Of a stretch of 32,000 nucleotides of DNA, positions 19,448-28,467 are shown one piece after another (the first letter of the stretch is position 1; the number at the start of each line of letters is the position of its first letter). Origin of the DNA: Candidatus Jordarchaeales archaeon (GTDB taxonomy: Archaea; Asgardarchaeota; Jordiarchaeia; Jordiarchaeales; Freyrarchaeaceae); NCBI GenBank assembly GCA_038858525.1, contig JAWCFL010000004.1:52353-84352 (forward strand), written 5' to 3'. Made by a program: the position numbers and the translations under genes. Below the pieces are notes generated by a model. That model was not told the origin of the DNA. It saw only the letters and a program-made list of their open reading frames with translations, and ran no database searches.

Positions 19448-19574
19448 AAAGAACCCCCTCAGACGGGAAAAGCAAGCATACAAGAGGCAATCACAAATCA
19501 TCCTTAATAACTTTTCTCCCCCAACGATAAGTGTATGATGCAACCAAAAACGTTATGAATGAAACAAACCAATA

Positions 19575-21446
19575 ATGGAAAAAACGGAGGTCACTAAATT
19601 GAATAATTCACACAGGAAAACCATAATTCTTCTCCTGGTAGTCCTGTTCTCCATATTATCCCTAACGTTACCGCAAACGCCCACCAATCAACAGTTACCA
19701 GTCATATTAACAGTTACTTCTTCAATGAGCCAGCCTAAAGGCAATCTTCTCTCAAAGATCGACTATAGACTTCAATCCATGATGGATGAAGAAGACCCTA
19801 ACCAGAAAGTCGAAATGATAGTGGTCTTCCAAGGAGTCTCATCCACTAGGGGAGCCGAGCTCCTCAAGTCCCTCGGAGACATCACAGTACTTGAAACATA
19901 CAGCATAATAAGCGGTGCACTTATCGAAGCCCCCCTAGGCATGGCAATAAACATAGCACCCCAAAACTACGTAAAGTCAATAACATATAACTACAAAGTC
20001 AAAATACACAGCACACTCCACACTCTACAAGCCACAGCAACCACCTACTCCGCAAACATAGAGCAGATAGGCGCAACCCGTCTCCACCAGCTGGGCATAA
20101 ACGGAACAGGAATCAAAGTCGCAGTCCTCGACACAGGAATAAACACCCACGAAGCCCTACCAGCCACCAAAATAATATACAGTAAAAGCCTAGTCCAGGA
20201 AGAAGGCATTGAAGACCTTAACGGGCATGGGACACATGTAGCCGGTATAATTGCAGGATACTGCGAAGGAAAATATGTCGGAGTTGCCCCCGGCGCCCTA
20301 CTCCTAAACATAAAGATTCTCAACAAAAATGGCGAAGGAAATCTCAGCGGCTTAGTAGATGGCATTAATGAAGCGGTAAGTCAGGGTGCTAATGTTATTT
20401 CTATTTCTGCCGGTGCCCTGATAAATAAACCAGATGATCCTGCGTGTCAGGCGGCTAACAATGCTACGCTGGCAGGGGTTGTTGTGGTTGCCGCTGCTGG
20501 CAACGAGGGCCCTGATAGCGGCACGGTGAATGCTCCAGGCGAGGCGGCGCTGGCGATATGCGTTGGTGCAGTCACTTCGTCCAACGTTATACCTGACTTC
20601 TCGAGCCGCGGCCCAACACCTGACAATCGAGTAGGCGTAACTATCTTAGCTCCAGGTGTAAACATTGTCTCCCTAGACTACAGTAACTCCAGCGGTTATG
20701 TGCGTATGAGTGGTACTAGTCAGGCGACGCCTCATGTTTCAGGAGTAGTCGCCCTTCTCCTAAGCAATATGAGTCTGACTCCCTCAACGGTGAAGGCGGC
20801 TCTCATGGCTACTGCGGTTGACTTGGGCGATGATCCTTACGCTCAAGGGTGTGGGCTGGTTAATGCTTCGGCAGCCTATGACCTGCTCTCTAGCGGGAAG
20901 CCTCCAGTAGCCATATCTCCTCCTAGGTTCGAGTTAACTAGCTTTGGCTCTGAGCTCTCCGTAACAGTGAATTTCACCATAGTTGGAGGGTTAGCTAGGG
21001 ATGACTACTTGAGTAATGTGAGTATTAAAGTTGAAGGCGGCATCTCAAGCCTCATAACTCTTTCGTCGACGGGCCCCTTCAATCTTAACGACACGCACGT
21101 GTTCGTGGCCGCTACGATCTATGTTCCATCATATTATATGGCTCCGTTCTTCTCTGGCTCGATAAAACTTGTTAATGGCGATGGCACTGTCATAGCTAGC
21201 GTGACTATACAAGGAACAGGACCAACAATGTTCCTGTTGCTGTACCTCCTAAGCCAGGAGACTTCCTCATTCTATGTTACAGTGGCAGAGGTCATATTTG
21301 TTTGTCTCGTAGCAGGTGTCGCACTCATCGTTAGTCTAGCAGTACGCTATAGGAGAAGGCATGCTCCTCCGAAAGAAGAGGGCTTCATGCCTGAACCAAT
21401 AGATCTTGGTCCACTTGGAGGAGAACCCTACAGGTGGCCCTACTAA
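19575..21446 (+). CDS. Membrane-anchored S8 subtilisin-like serine protease
   Basis: Signal peptide and propeptide. Intact triad VAVLDTG / NGHGTHVAG / SGTSQATPHV, oxyanion AAGNEG. C-terminal TM followed by RYRRR. Confidence 0.93.
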   Translation: MEKTEVTKLNNSHRKTIILLLVVLFSILSLTLPQTPTNQQLPVILTVTSSMSQPKGNLLSKIDYRLQSMMDEEDPNQKVEMIVVFQGVSSTRGAELLKSLGDITVLETYSIISGALIEAPLGMAINIAPQNYVKSITYNYKVKIHSTLHTLQATATTYSANIEQIGATRLHQLGINGTGIKVAVLDTGINTHEALPATKIIYSKSLVQEEGIEDLNGHGTHVAGIIAGYCEGKYVGVAPGALLLNIKILNKNGEGNLSGLVDGINEAVSQGANVISISAGALINKPDDPACQAANNATLAGVVVVAAAGNEGPDSGTVNAPGEAALAICVGAVTSSNVIPDFSSRGPTPDNRVGVTILAPGVNIVSLDYSNSSGYVRMSGTSQATPHVSGVVALLLSNMSLTPSTVKAALMATAVDLGDDPYAQGCGLVNASAAYDLLSSGKPPVAISPPRFELTSFGSELSVTVNFTIVGGLARDDYLSNVSIKVEGGISSLITLSSTGPFNLNDTHVFVAATIYVPSYYMAPFFSGSIKLVNGDGTVIASVTIQGTGPTMFLLLYLLSQETSSFYVTVAEVIFVCLVAGVALIVSLAVRYRRRHAPPKEEGFMPEPIDLGPLGGEPYRWPY

Positions 21447-21474
21447 TCCCTTCATTTTTTTGAAGGTGTTCCGG

Positions 21475-21963
21475 TTGATTAGTACGAGTGCTTTTTGGAG
21501 TTTGGTGTCTGACCTTGTAAGCGTTATTTCCCATCTGCAGTTTTACCCATCCCACTCGGTTTCTAACCACTTGAAGCGTGCCGGCTCCGGTCGCTTCGCT
21601 CACTCTTTACGTGTAGGATACATAAGCTTCTTATTATCGAGGCTCGTGGGGTGCTCGTCTTCCATCTGTGCTAGGGCTGGCGTGCTGCATGACGCGGGCT
21701 ACGATGTTGAAGACGCAGCCAACGTGTTAAGGCAACTGCTGAGCCACGCTGAGAAGGGTGCTAGAATAGCAGAATACATCGGGGAGCCTCGTAGAGTGGT
21801 TGAAGCCATAAGGACACACATGTTTCCTCTAGGGGGGCCGCCTAAGACTGTTGAGTCATTTGTCGTGTGGCTTGCCGACAAAATGGATGCTGTTCTTGAA
21901 CTTCTCGGCTTAACCCGGCTTCTTGATGGCGCTATAAAACTGCCGGAGGCGCGTTGCAAGTGA
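21475..21963 (+). CDS. HD-domain metal-dependent phosphohydrolase
   Basis: HSLRVG, GVLHDAG, HAEKGA, IRTHMFP, VWLADK. AAGGTG SD suggests TTG 21475; the ORF-track start overlaps the protease gene. Confidence 0.85.
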   Translation: MISTSAFWSLVSDLVSVISHLQFYPSHSVSNHLKRAGSGRFAHSLRVGYISFLLSRLVGCSSSICARAGVLHDAGYDVEDAANVLRQLLSHAEKGARIAEYIGEPRRVVEAIRTHMFPLGGPPKTVESFVVWLADKMDAVLELLGLTRLLDGAIKLPEARCK

Positions 21964-22751
21964 ACCATGCTACCTGCAATGAAATAATAGAAACGATAAT
22001 CAAGTTTCTCTCCAAAACGGTGGGTGCAGATAAAATTTCCTCAGTAATCCTTTTTGGCAGCTTCCTTGACGGAAGTGCGTCGCCCATGAGCGACATAGAC
22101 GTCCTAGTGGTTCTGAGAAGCAGTGATAAAAGAATAATCAGGAAGGCGGCAGCCGTTTTAAGGAGTCTTGAGAATCGTAAGCCCCCCTCATCACTTATCG
22201 AGATGGTGCTTGAAGGGGTGAAGGCTAAGACAGGAATGTTCAAATCCTTTTTTGTATGTAGCGAGGATGATCTTAAGTCGGGTGATTTCCCCTCAATATT
22301 TTCTTTGAGCCGCGCAATGTGTCTTCTCCTCGCCCCCTCAAAGCTAGTTTTGGGCAGCGTGATCGACGGGGCAAAGGTTGTCTACGGATGCATCCAACTA
22401 CCTCCTCCACCAAAGCTCAGCTCAGCTCAAATTCTCAAGAGTCTCGTCATGAACCTTATCCTCTCCATGGCAGCCATAATAATAGCCCCATTCATCAAGG
22501 AAGCAGCCAAATACTCCATGGAGGCAGGAAAATGGAGCGTCATGGCCTCGTATTACTACACGTTCAGGAAGCGATTACCCGTCGAAAAAATACCGCAATC
22601 CCTTAGTGGATGGACACGCGTACATGCTGCAAAACTCATAAGTCTAAGGCGTAACTACTGGAACGACCCATACATACTAATCCTGACACCCTTTTTCACA
22701 CTAACAACTCACCTACTTGCTCTCAGAGGAGCCATACGTCTCGTTCCCTAA
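21954..22751 (+). CDS. Pol-beta superfamily nucleotidyltransferase with helical C-terminal domain
   Basis: VILFGSFLDGSASPMSDIDVLVV (GS...DxD). 10-nt overlap with the HD gene. Confidence 0.8.
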   Translation: MQVNHATCNEIIETIIKFLSKTVGADKISSVILFGSFLDGSASPMSDIDVLVVLRSSDKRIIRKAAAVLRSLENRKPPSSLIEMVLEGVKAKTGMFKSFFVCSEDDLKSGDFPSIFSLSRAMCLLLAPSKLVLGSVIDGAKVVYGCIQLPPPPKLSSAQILKSLVMNLILSMAAIIIAPFIKEAAKYSMEAGKWSVMASYYYTFRKRLPVEKIPQSLSGWTRVHAAKLISLRRNYWNDPYILILTPFFTLTTHLLALRGAIRLVP

Positions 22752-22788
22752 CTCAAAAAGTACTGCACTCGGAACCCTGATGCTTTTC

Positions 22789-23340
22789 TTAAGTCCCGTA
22801 GAACTCGAAGACTAGCTCTTTCCTCTTTCTCTTTGCAAGGAGAAACTTGCAAGCTGGGCGACCCATAGCTATACACTCGACTTCTACGCCGTTCCAGTCG
22901 TCGCCCGTCGCCTGCGAAAGTAGTCCCGCTCCATAACCGCTCAGGTACATGCAGACGGGTTGCCCGAACCCCTTGAGGCTCTCTGCAATGGGAGAGTTCT
23001 CGACGTAATAGGTCACCTTGCCGTCCGCCGCGTTCTCGATTACCATTTTTCCCCAACCCATTGCAGCGTAAAAAGGCGCGATCCAAGCCGCCAGCTCCTT
23101 CGCATCGCTAGGTGCTCCCATAACTTCCCTAAGAATTTCGTAATCCTTTCTTCCACATTCCTTCCCTGCCTCGTATATCCCTTCTAGGAGAGCCTCCCCT
23201 GCCAGTCTATTTATCCACTTATATATGATCGCCATTGCTTCAGGCCTCGTGAGCCAAACTCTCACGTTTCTAAAAAATAGGCATCCATCTTCAGCCCTTA
23301 ACTTGAGCATTTCCTTGACTGCTTTCTCGTCCAGCTCCAA
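22789..23340 (-). CDS. V4R-domain protein (Bet3/TRAPP-related fold)
   Basis: YEAGKECG, FYAAMGWGK, VENSPIAE, PVCMYLSGYGAG, VEVECIAMGRPACKF. TTG start directly abuts the upstream TAG, with a GGAGG SD. Confidence 0.88.
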   Translation of the reverse strand: MELDEKAVKEMLKLRAEDGCLFFRNVRVWLTRPEAMAIIYKWINRLAGEALLEGIYEAGKECGRKDYEILREVMGAPSDAKELAAWIAPFYAAMGWGKMVIENAADGKVTYYVENSPIAESLKGFGQPVCMYLSGYGAGLLSQATGDDWNGVEVECIAMGRPACKFLLAKRKRKELVFEFYGT

Positions 23341-24126
23341 CTAAACTCCTCCAAGCATTTTTTCAAGGCTCTTTGCCGCATTATCCATCTCGAGAAATAT
23401 GTAGCCGATATTCGCATCAGGCTTAGCCACCACTAGGAGGACAGCTCGCTCCCCAACGTCAGTTAACACGAGAACTCCTCCATCCCCCTCTATGAAAACG
23501 TTTCTCGGTCTACCTAACCTCATCTCTTTCAACCCCTCCAACCCCATTCTCATTATAGATGGCGCTATAGCTGAAATCACTTTCTCATCGAAATCCGGCG
23601 TGAGGGTGGAAGCGATCATGAATCCTCTGTTACTTATCAGAGCCACCGCCTTCACCCCAGGTATGTCCCTTAATTCGTTCAGCTTCTCGTTTACCCTCCT
23701 AAACCTTTCCGTCATGCTGACAGCACCTCTCCTTTTGAGTAGCTCCATGGCTCTCACTTTTAACGGCTCAAACTCGGCGACATCCCCCCTCCAGCTCTTA
23801 AGCTTCTCCCTAACGTCGTCACCCAGTGCCGAGACTAGCTCGACAAGTAACCTCTCAGCCTCAGCCTGAAACTCTCCTGCTGCCCTTACAGCAAAAACAG
23901 CATCTCCATAATACTCGTAAACCACCATTTTACCTTCAAACTCTATCCTCTTAACCCTAGCCTCCTCAATCTCCTCTCCAAACTTAGAGATCGCGCTTAG
24001 AAAACCCGAGACAAGATTAGAGTCGATCCGTTCAGAACTCTCAGCGGGAATGTGCATCAGGCAAACGCCATCTCTATGAAAAACGCAAAAATCGAACATC
24101 CCGCTCAAGGACTCACACCTAATCAA
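23341..24126 (-). CDS. Longin + Roadblock/LC7 (MglB-like) fusion protein
   Basis: N-half FCVFHRDGVCL...NLVSGFLSAISKF (longin). C-half LNELRDIPGVKAVALISNRGFMIAS...AVLLVVAKPDANIGYIFLEM (roadblock). Start may be 24108 or 24099. Confidence 0.8.
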   Translation of the reverse strand: MIRCESLSGMFDFCVFHRDGVCLMHIPAESSERIDSNLVSGFLSAISKFGEEIEEARVKRIEFEGKMVVYEYYGDAVFAVRAAGEFQAEAERLLVELVSALGDDVREKLKSWRGDVAEFEPLKVRAMELLKRRGAVSMTERFRRVNEKLNELRDIPGVKAVALISNRGFMIASTLTPDFDEKVISAIAPSIMRMGLEGLKEMRLGRPRNVFIEGDGGVLVLTDVGERAVLLVVAKPDANIGYIFLEMDNAAKSLEKMLGGV

Positions 24127-24718
24127 ATGTCATCACGTATTACTTTTAAATGTTTCATGACCAACGCAACCCGCCACGAAAAATTACGCAAAAGGGTATT
24201 TATCCAAAAATGGTGCAAACGAGTATACTGCACGGTTCTTCTTAACAGGTTCTTAGCAGGATCATGTTTTCACTAGCTACCTTAAGTGTCACGAAAATCC
24301 AGTAAGTTATCCTCAAAGAAAGTGAGGCGAAAAAACTGTCACTCAGCGCATCATCCTTTATTTATCCGCTTTTTGTTACAAAGCCCTCCTTAGCATAAAC
24401 CATTTTAAGTTAACGTTTAGTCATAAGCATAAGCATTAGTTTGTTAGTGTCTTACGTTAGTGCTGAAAAATGCTTTTTAACTGCGTCCCTAAACACATAG
24501 CAGATCACCGAAGTTGCTTTTAAGGTAGAAATCGCAGTTTAAGGAAGCAAGAATGCAACTCACGTGTAAAAAAATTCGCTTGGGATTAGTGTGGTTCTAT
24601 TGTCTTCAAAAAATTACCATTAAACTTCAGGAGAACTGGACGGGATTAATAAAAACATTAACTATCCTGACAATTGCGGCATCGCCTATCTGTGTGATGC
24701 CTGAGATATAAGTATCAA

Positions 24719-26077
24719 TTAGTTGAATGTATTTGTAGCGTCACTAGTCATAACGCCTGTTTGAATGCTTTGGTAGCGTCGTTGGGCCCATTTTGCCACT
24801 TCTCCAACCACTCTGACCGCCCTTTCAGCATCCCAGAAGTAAGGTATATTTAGCTTTCTCATTCCCTTCCTTACTTCCTTCGAAATATTGTCCTCCACCT
24901 GGACGAGGACAGCGACCAGTGTTTTATCCTTGTCGGCTGCCTCCCGGAATGCCTTTTCAACGTCAAACGCTATTTCCTCCATGAGCTCCAGGATTAGGAA
25001 GACAATGTCCACTCTCTCGTCTCCTACGAGTGCGTTGACTGCGACCCTATGTTTTTCCCCCACCTCCTCTCCGTTAAGCTTGGTTGGAGGCCAGTAATCC
25101 ACAGGGTTAACGCTGGGGCTAAACGGGCTCAGAACCTTCTCCCTGATAACTCTCTCGGTTTTCTCGGAGAGGCATGCCAGCGTTAAGCCGTTCTCCTCAA
25201 GGCGTGACGTAGCTATTGAAATCGCCCCTGAAGATGGACCAATGACGGCAACCCTATTTCCTCTCGGAACCCGACTCAACAGTATCCTTGCGGCATCAAA
25301 CATCTCGTTGTAATGCGAAACGCAAATTGCACCTGCGTCTCTTAACTTCTCAGCTTCATCACTAACGCAGTAAGCCACCACCGGCTTAACGCTGGCCGCC
25401 TCCTCAACTCCTCTCACAACCCTCCCCGTCAGCTTGCAAAATTGGCAGAGAATCACCTTCGTTTCTCTATCCATAGAAAGAAACTTCAAAACATCTTCCT
25501 CATTAACATCACACGCATTCCCAACATGAATCAGCTTACTAAACTTTACACCTTCCGGTTGCCACCAACCCAACCCACAAGTTAGTCCTCCACTATGACC
25601 CACGAAACTCACTTCTCCAGCCTCAAACTTTCTCACAGGCGTCAGCATAGGAGCGAATCTCGCTGAGAAGTTCACCAAGCCAACAGTGCTCGGCCCAAAC
25701 ACACGAATTCTCTTCCGCCTTGCCTCCTCTAGAACAACCCTCTCCCTCTCCACACCTTCCCCTCCAGCCTCAGAGAATCCTGAAGACGCCATGATGACAT
25801 TCCTAACATTAGCATCAGCCAGCTCAAGGAAGGCGTCAACTGCAGCGTCGGGTGGAAGGACGACTACTCCCAGCTCAGGCACCTCTTCCAACATGTCCAC
25901 CCTGGGAGCGGCTGGAACGCCGAGTACGTCCTCCCCCTTTAGGTTAACGACGTAGAGCCTCCCTCTGAACCTCAAACTGGTAATGTTCTTAACGATCTGG
26001 TAGCCGAACTTTCCCTCAATGGGCGAGCCGCCGACGACTACGACGCTACTAGGGCTTAAAAATCCGTCCAGTGACAC
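24719..26077 (-). CDS. Acyl-CoA synthetase (NDP-forming) alpha-subunit homolog lacking the phospho-His loop
   Basis: FLSPSSVVVVGGS..GKFG CoA-binding fold, RVFGPSTVG, HSGGL, GNACDV, NPVDY. The segment normally carrying SHTG is absent between KPVVAY and AGAI. Confidence 0.82.
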   Translation of the reverse strand: MSLDGFLSPSSVVVVGGSPIEGKFGYQIVKNITSLRFRGRLYVVNLKGEDVLGVPAAPRVDMLEEVPELGVVVLPPDAAVDAFLELADANVRNVIMASSGFSEAGGEGVERERVVLEEARRKRIRVFGPSTVGLVNFSARFAPMLTPVRKFEAGEVSFVGHSGGLTCGLGWWQPEGVKFSKLIHVGNACDVNEEDVLKFLSMDRETKVILCQFCKLTGRVVRGVEEAASVKPVVAYCVSDEAEKLRDAGAICVSHYNEMFDAARILLSRVPRGNRVAVIGPSSGAISIATSRLEENGLTLACLSEKTERVIREKVLSPFSPSVNPVDYWPPTKLNGEEVGEKHRVAVNALVGDERVDIVFLILELMEEIAFDVEKAFREAADKDKTLVAVLVQVEDNISKEVRKGMRKLNIPYFWDAERAVRVVGEVAKWAQRRYQSIQTGVMTSDATNTFN

Positions 26078-26079
26078 CT

Positions 26080-27165
26080 TTAAATCCCCCAGGTCATCAC
26101 TTCCCTAAGTGCGGAGCACGATGAGCACCTGACGCATCCCGCACGGTTATCGAGCGGGTTAACCCCGAACTCCAGCAAAATCCTCCTTAAGGCGGCGTAA
26201 AGCTTAAGCATCCTCTCTGGGGGTGGCGGAGTAGCATCCTCCATTTCTGTGCCCGCAATAGGCATCAGCGGAACTAGAAAAGGCACGACACCAATTCGAG
26301 CAACCTCTTCGAAACCCCAAAGCAGGCAGCCATCAGCCTCACCTAAACCGGCGATAACGTATGTGCTAACTTGCCCCTCCCCGAACACGCTAACCGCCTC
26401 TCTCCAAGCCCTAAAATACTCCTCCAAGGATACCTCAGACTTCCCCGGGCAAACCTTTCTCCTAACATCCTCGTCGAACGTCTCGACGTGAACCCCAACA
26501 GTGTCCACGCCTGCGTCAGCCAGCTCCTCAAACACCTTAAGGTCTTTCGGGGGTTCAAGCTGGACGTGAACCGGGACATCATAGCTTTTCTTTAGTCCTT
26601 GCGCGGCTTCAGCTAGGAGCCGAGCCCCCCTATCTGAGGATGCAGGAGTCCCAGTTGTTATCGTCACATGTCTACAAATCCCCTCTTCTAACGCCGCTCC
26701 CACGACCTCGACAAGGTCTTCCACTCTCTTACGGGCAACAGTTAACCCGCCTTTTAGGGAAAGATCCACTCCGCAAAACTTGCAACCCAGCCCCGCCTCT
26801 CGCCTCACACAACTCTGGAGGAGGGTTGTAGCCACGCAGTCCTTTCCATGTAGGAGGGCAACCTTCCACATTGGAATCCCGCTGGAAGTAACCCTGCTGT
26901 AAAACCCCGGAACAGGGATAGGCTTAACCTCAGTAATCCTCTTTTCCCTTTCAACCACAAACCACCTTCCGTTTTCCCTTCTCAAAATTAGGCTAGACGT
27001 TCTTGCAAAGTGAGCAGACACGGGTGCGTTCACCACCCATCCTCCCTCTAGGAGAAGATGCTTGCCGCCAGCTGGTCCAGCCCCCGTCCTCCTAACCCCG
27101 TCAAGTTCCCCGTCAACCCTTAATCCCCGACACAAAATCTCGATCTTCAACCTTGCAGGGTTCAA
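26080..27165 (-). CDS. Radical SAM protein, MSMEG_0568-like
   Basis: RRTGAGPAGGKHL, LHGKDCVATTLLQSC-X8-CKFC, VHVQLEPP, GVHVETFD, C-terminal AGCVRCSSCSAL. 2 nt upstream of the ACD-like gene. Confidence 0.85.
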   Translation of the reverse strand: MNPARLKIEILCRGLRVDGELDGVRRTGAGPAGGKHLLLEGGWVVNAPVSAHFARTSSLILRRENGRWFVVEREKRITEVKPIPVPGFYSRVTSSGIPMWKVALLHGKDCVATTLLQSCVRREAGLGCKFCGVDLSLKGGLTVARKRVEDLVEVVGAALEEGICRHVTITTGTPASSDRGARLLAEAAQGLKKSYDVPVHVQLEPPKDLKVFEELADAGVDTVGVHVETFDEDVRRKVCPGKSEVSLEEYFRAWREAVSVFGEGQVSTYVIAGLGEADGCLLWGFEEVARIGVVPFLVPLMPIAGTEMEDATPPPPERMLKLYAALRRILLEFGVNPLDNRAGCVRCSSCSALREVMTWGI

Positions 27166-27180
27166 CGCCGCCGTCTCCCT

Positions 27181-27205
27181 TTGTTGACGAAAATTTCGTC
27201 AACAA
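27181..27205. promoter_or_regulatory. Perfect 25-bp palindrome, candidate operator
   Basis: TTGTTGACGAAA-A-TTTCGTCAACAA (12-bp arms), 15 nt upstream of the radical SAM start and next to a TATA-like element at 27220-27227. Confidence 0.6.
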
Positions 27206-27330
27206 GACTAACGAGAAACTATATAAACCTTTACCTCAGCAACCCTCCAATCTTCAATGGAGGAAGGCTTCAACCATAAACGTTAAAAGGCAGCCATCTA
27301 AAAGTCTCCAAGCTCTTCAGGTGGTGTCTG

Positions 27331-28005
27331 TTGCAAAGACATGTAAATCAAACTATTAAAGAAATAAAAAGCATGATGAACCCTGTGGTCGCATCACAAC
27401 TCGTAACTTTTCTAGCTGCAGCAGCCTGCTTCTATGCGTCGAACATAATAGTGTTCGTGTCCCCATCAATTTCACTATATGTCCTTCCCGTTCACCCGGT
27501 AGCCGTGTTATTCCTAAAACCTCAGCTAAAAGTAACGCTTTTCGGAGCATACCTCATAATCAACGGAAACTTTTGGATCCCACTCGTAGTTGATCCCTCC
27601 ATGCCCTACGTTTTCTTTGCAGTCGGAAGCACTGCATTCGCACTAACCCTAGCGCTCGACGCCCACCCCGACACCGCCCCAAACTGGTACGGTATTCTAA
27701 GAGCCAGATACGGAATCAACGAAATACGGAAAGCCCTGAAAATAATCACCTCGAACACCCAATTCAAAGCACTCTTCACCACGTTTCAAACATCAGCCTT
27801 CATACTAACAGTCACGTCATTCTACTACTACGCAGTCAATTACATAATCAATGGCGGACTACAGTGGGAAATACTAGCAGGAACAACCATCATAAACCCG
27901 GCAGTCATCGTCATTCTTGCAACACTAATCATCCTAGCAGCCAAAGTAATCACGTATAAAAAACTGAAATCAACACTACCACGACTCATCGCCCCAAATA
28001 GTTAA
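27331..28005 (+). CDS. Hypothetical multi-pass membrane protein
   Basis: Several hydrophobic segments. Likely start ATG 27373. Confidence 0.65.
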   Translation: MQRHVNQTIKEIKSMMNPVVASQLVTFLAAAACFYASNIIVFVSPSISLYVLPVHPVAVLFLKPQLKVTLFGAYLIINGNFWIPLVVDPSMPYVFFAVGSTAFALTLALDAHPDTAPNWYGILRARYGINEIRKALKIITSNTQFKALFTTFQTSAFILTVTSFYYYAVNYIINGGLQWEILAGTTIINPAVIVILATLIILAAKVITYKKLKSTLPRLIAPNS

Positions 28006-28400
28006 CCTCGCTTATAACCACACCCTTTACCTCTAAATCCTCGTAAATTACTCTCTTTCGATAAAAATTAGCAGCATTTGAATAAAGTCATAGCTGAACT
28101 CTGCTTTCTTCTACTTTTCCAAATAGTTTAGTTGGATCCGCCGTTTTTAAATCAGGCACTGGAACTGAAGAATACCCAGCGACGTGTTTGGGCCTCACAG
28201 ATTTATTTGAACATTGTGGCACGCGCTCTGGATTACTTCAACCTCTTCGTCTCCAAAAATTCTCTAGTTAAAGAGCCGTTGGCTGCAAGCGCTTCCCTTA
28301 GCCATCTTTTCAACGTTCAATTAGTGTTAATAATCAACGAAGCAAGCTTATTTTTCCTTGAGAAGGTGGAAAGAGTGGGTGGTGAGCAGGTTAACGGGCC

Positions 28401-28414
28401 GAGAAATTTAAAAA
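28401..28414 (+). promoter_or_regulatory. BRE-TATA promoter for EF-2
   Basis: GAGAAA-TTTAAAAA about 55 nt upstream of the ATG. GAGGTGA SD at 28456-28462. Confidence 0.55.
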
Positions 28415-28467
28415 CCTAAACACCTCACACAACATAGAAGCAACGTAGAAGGTCCGAGGTGAAACAC

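Noticed and set aside
19448-19543. 32-aa N-terminal extension of Rpo5 in the ORF track
   Set aside because: Not protein-like. ATG 19447 has a good SD and gives an Rpb5-like length.
21573-21597. Strong hairpin GAAGCG...CGCTTC in the HD gene as a possible in-frame BHB intron
   Set aside because: No register tested gives a 4-bp helix flanked by 3-nt bulges, and the reading frame is intact
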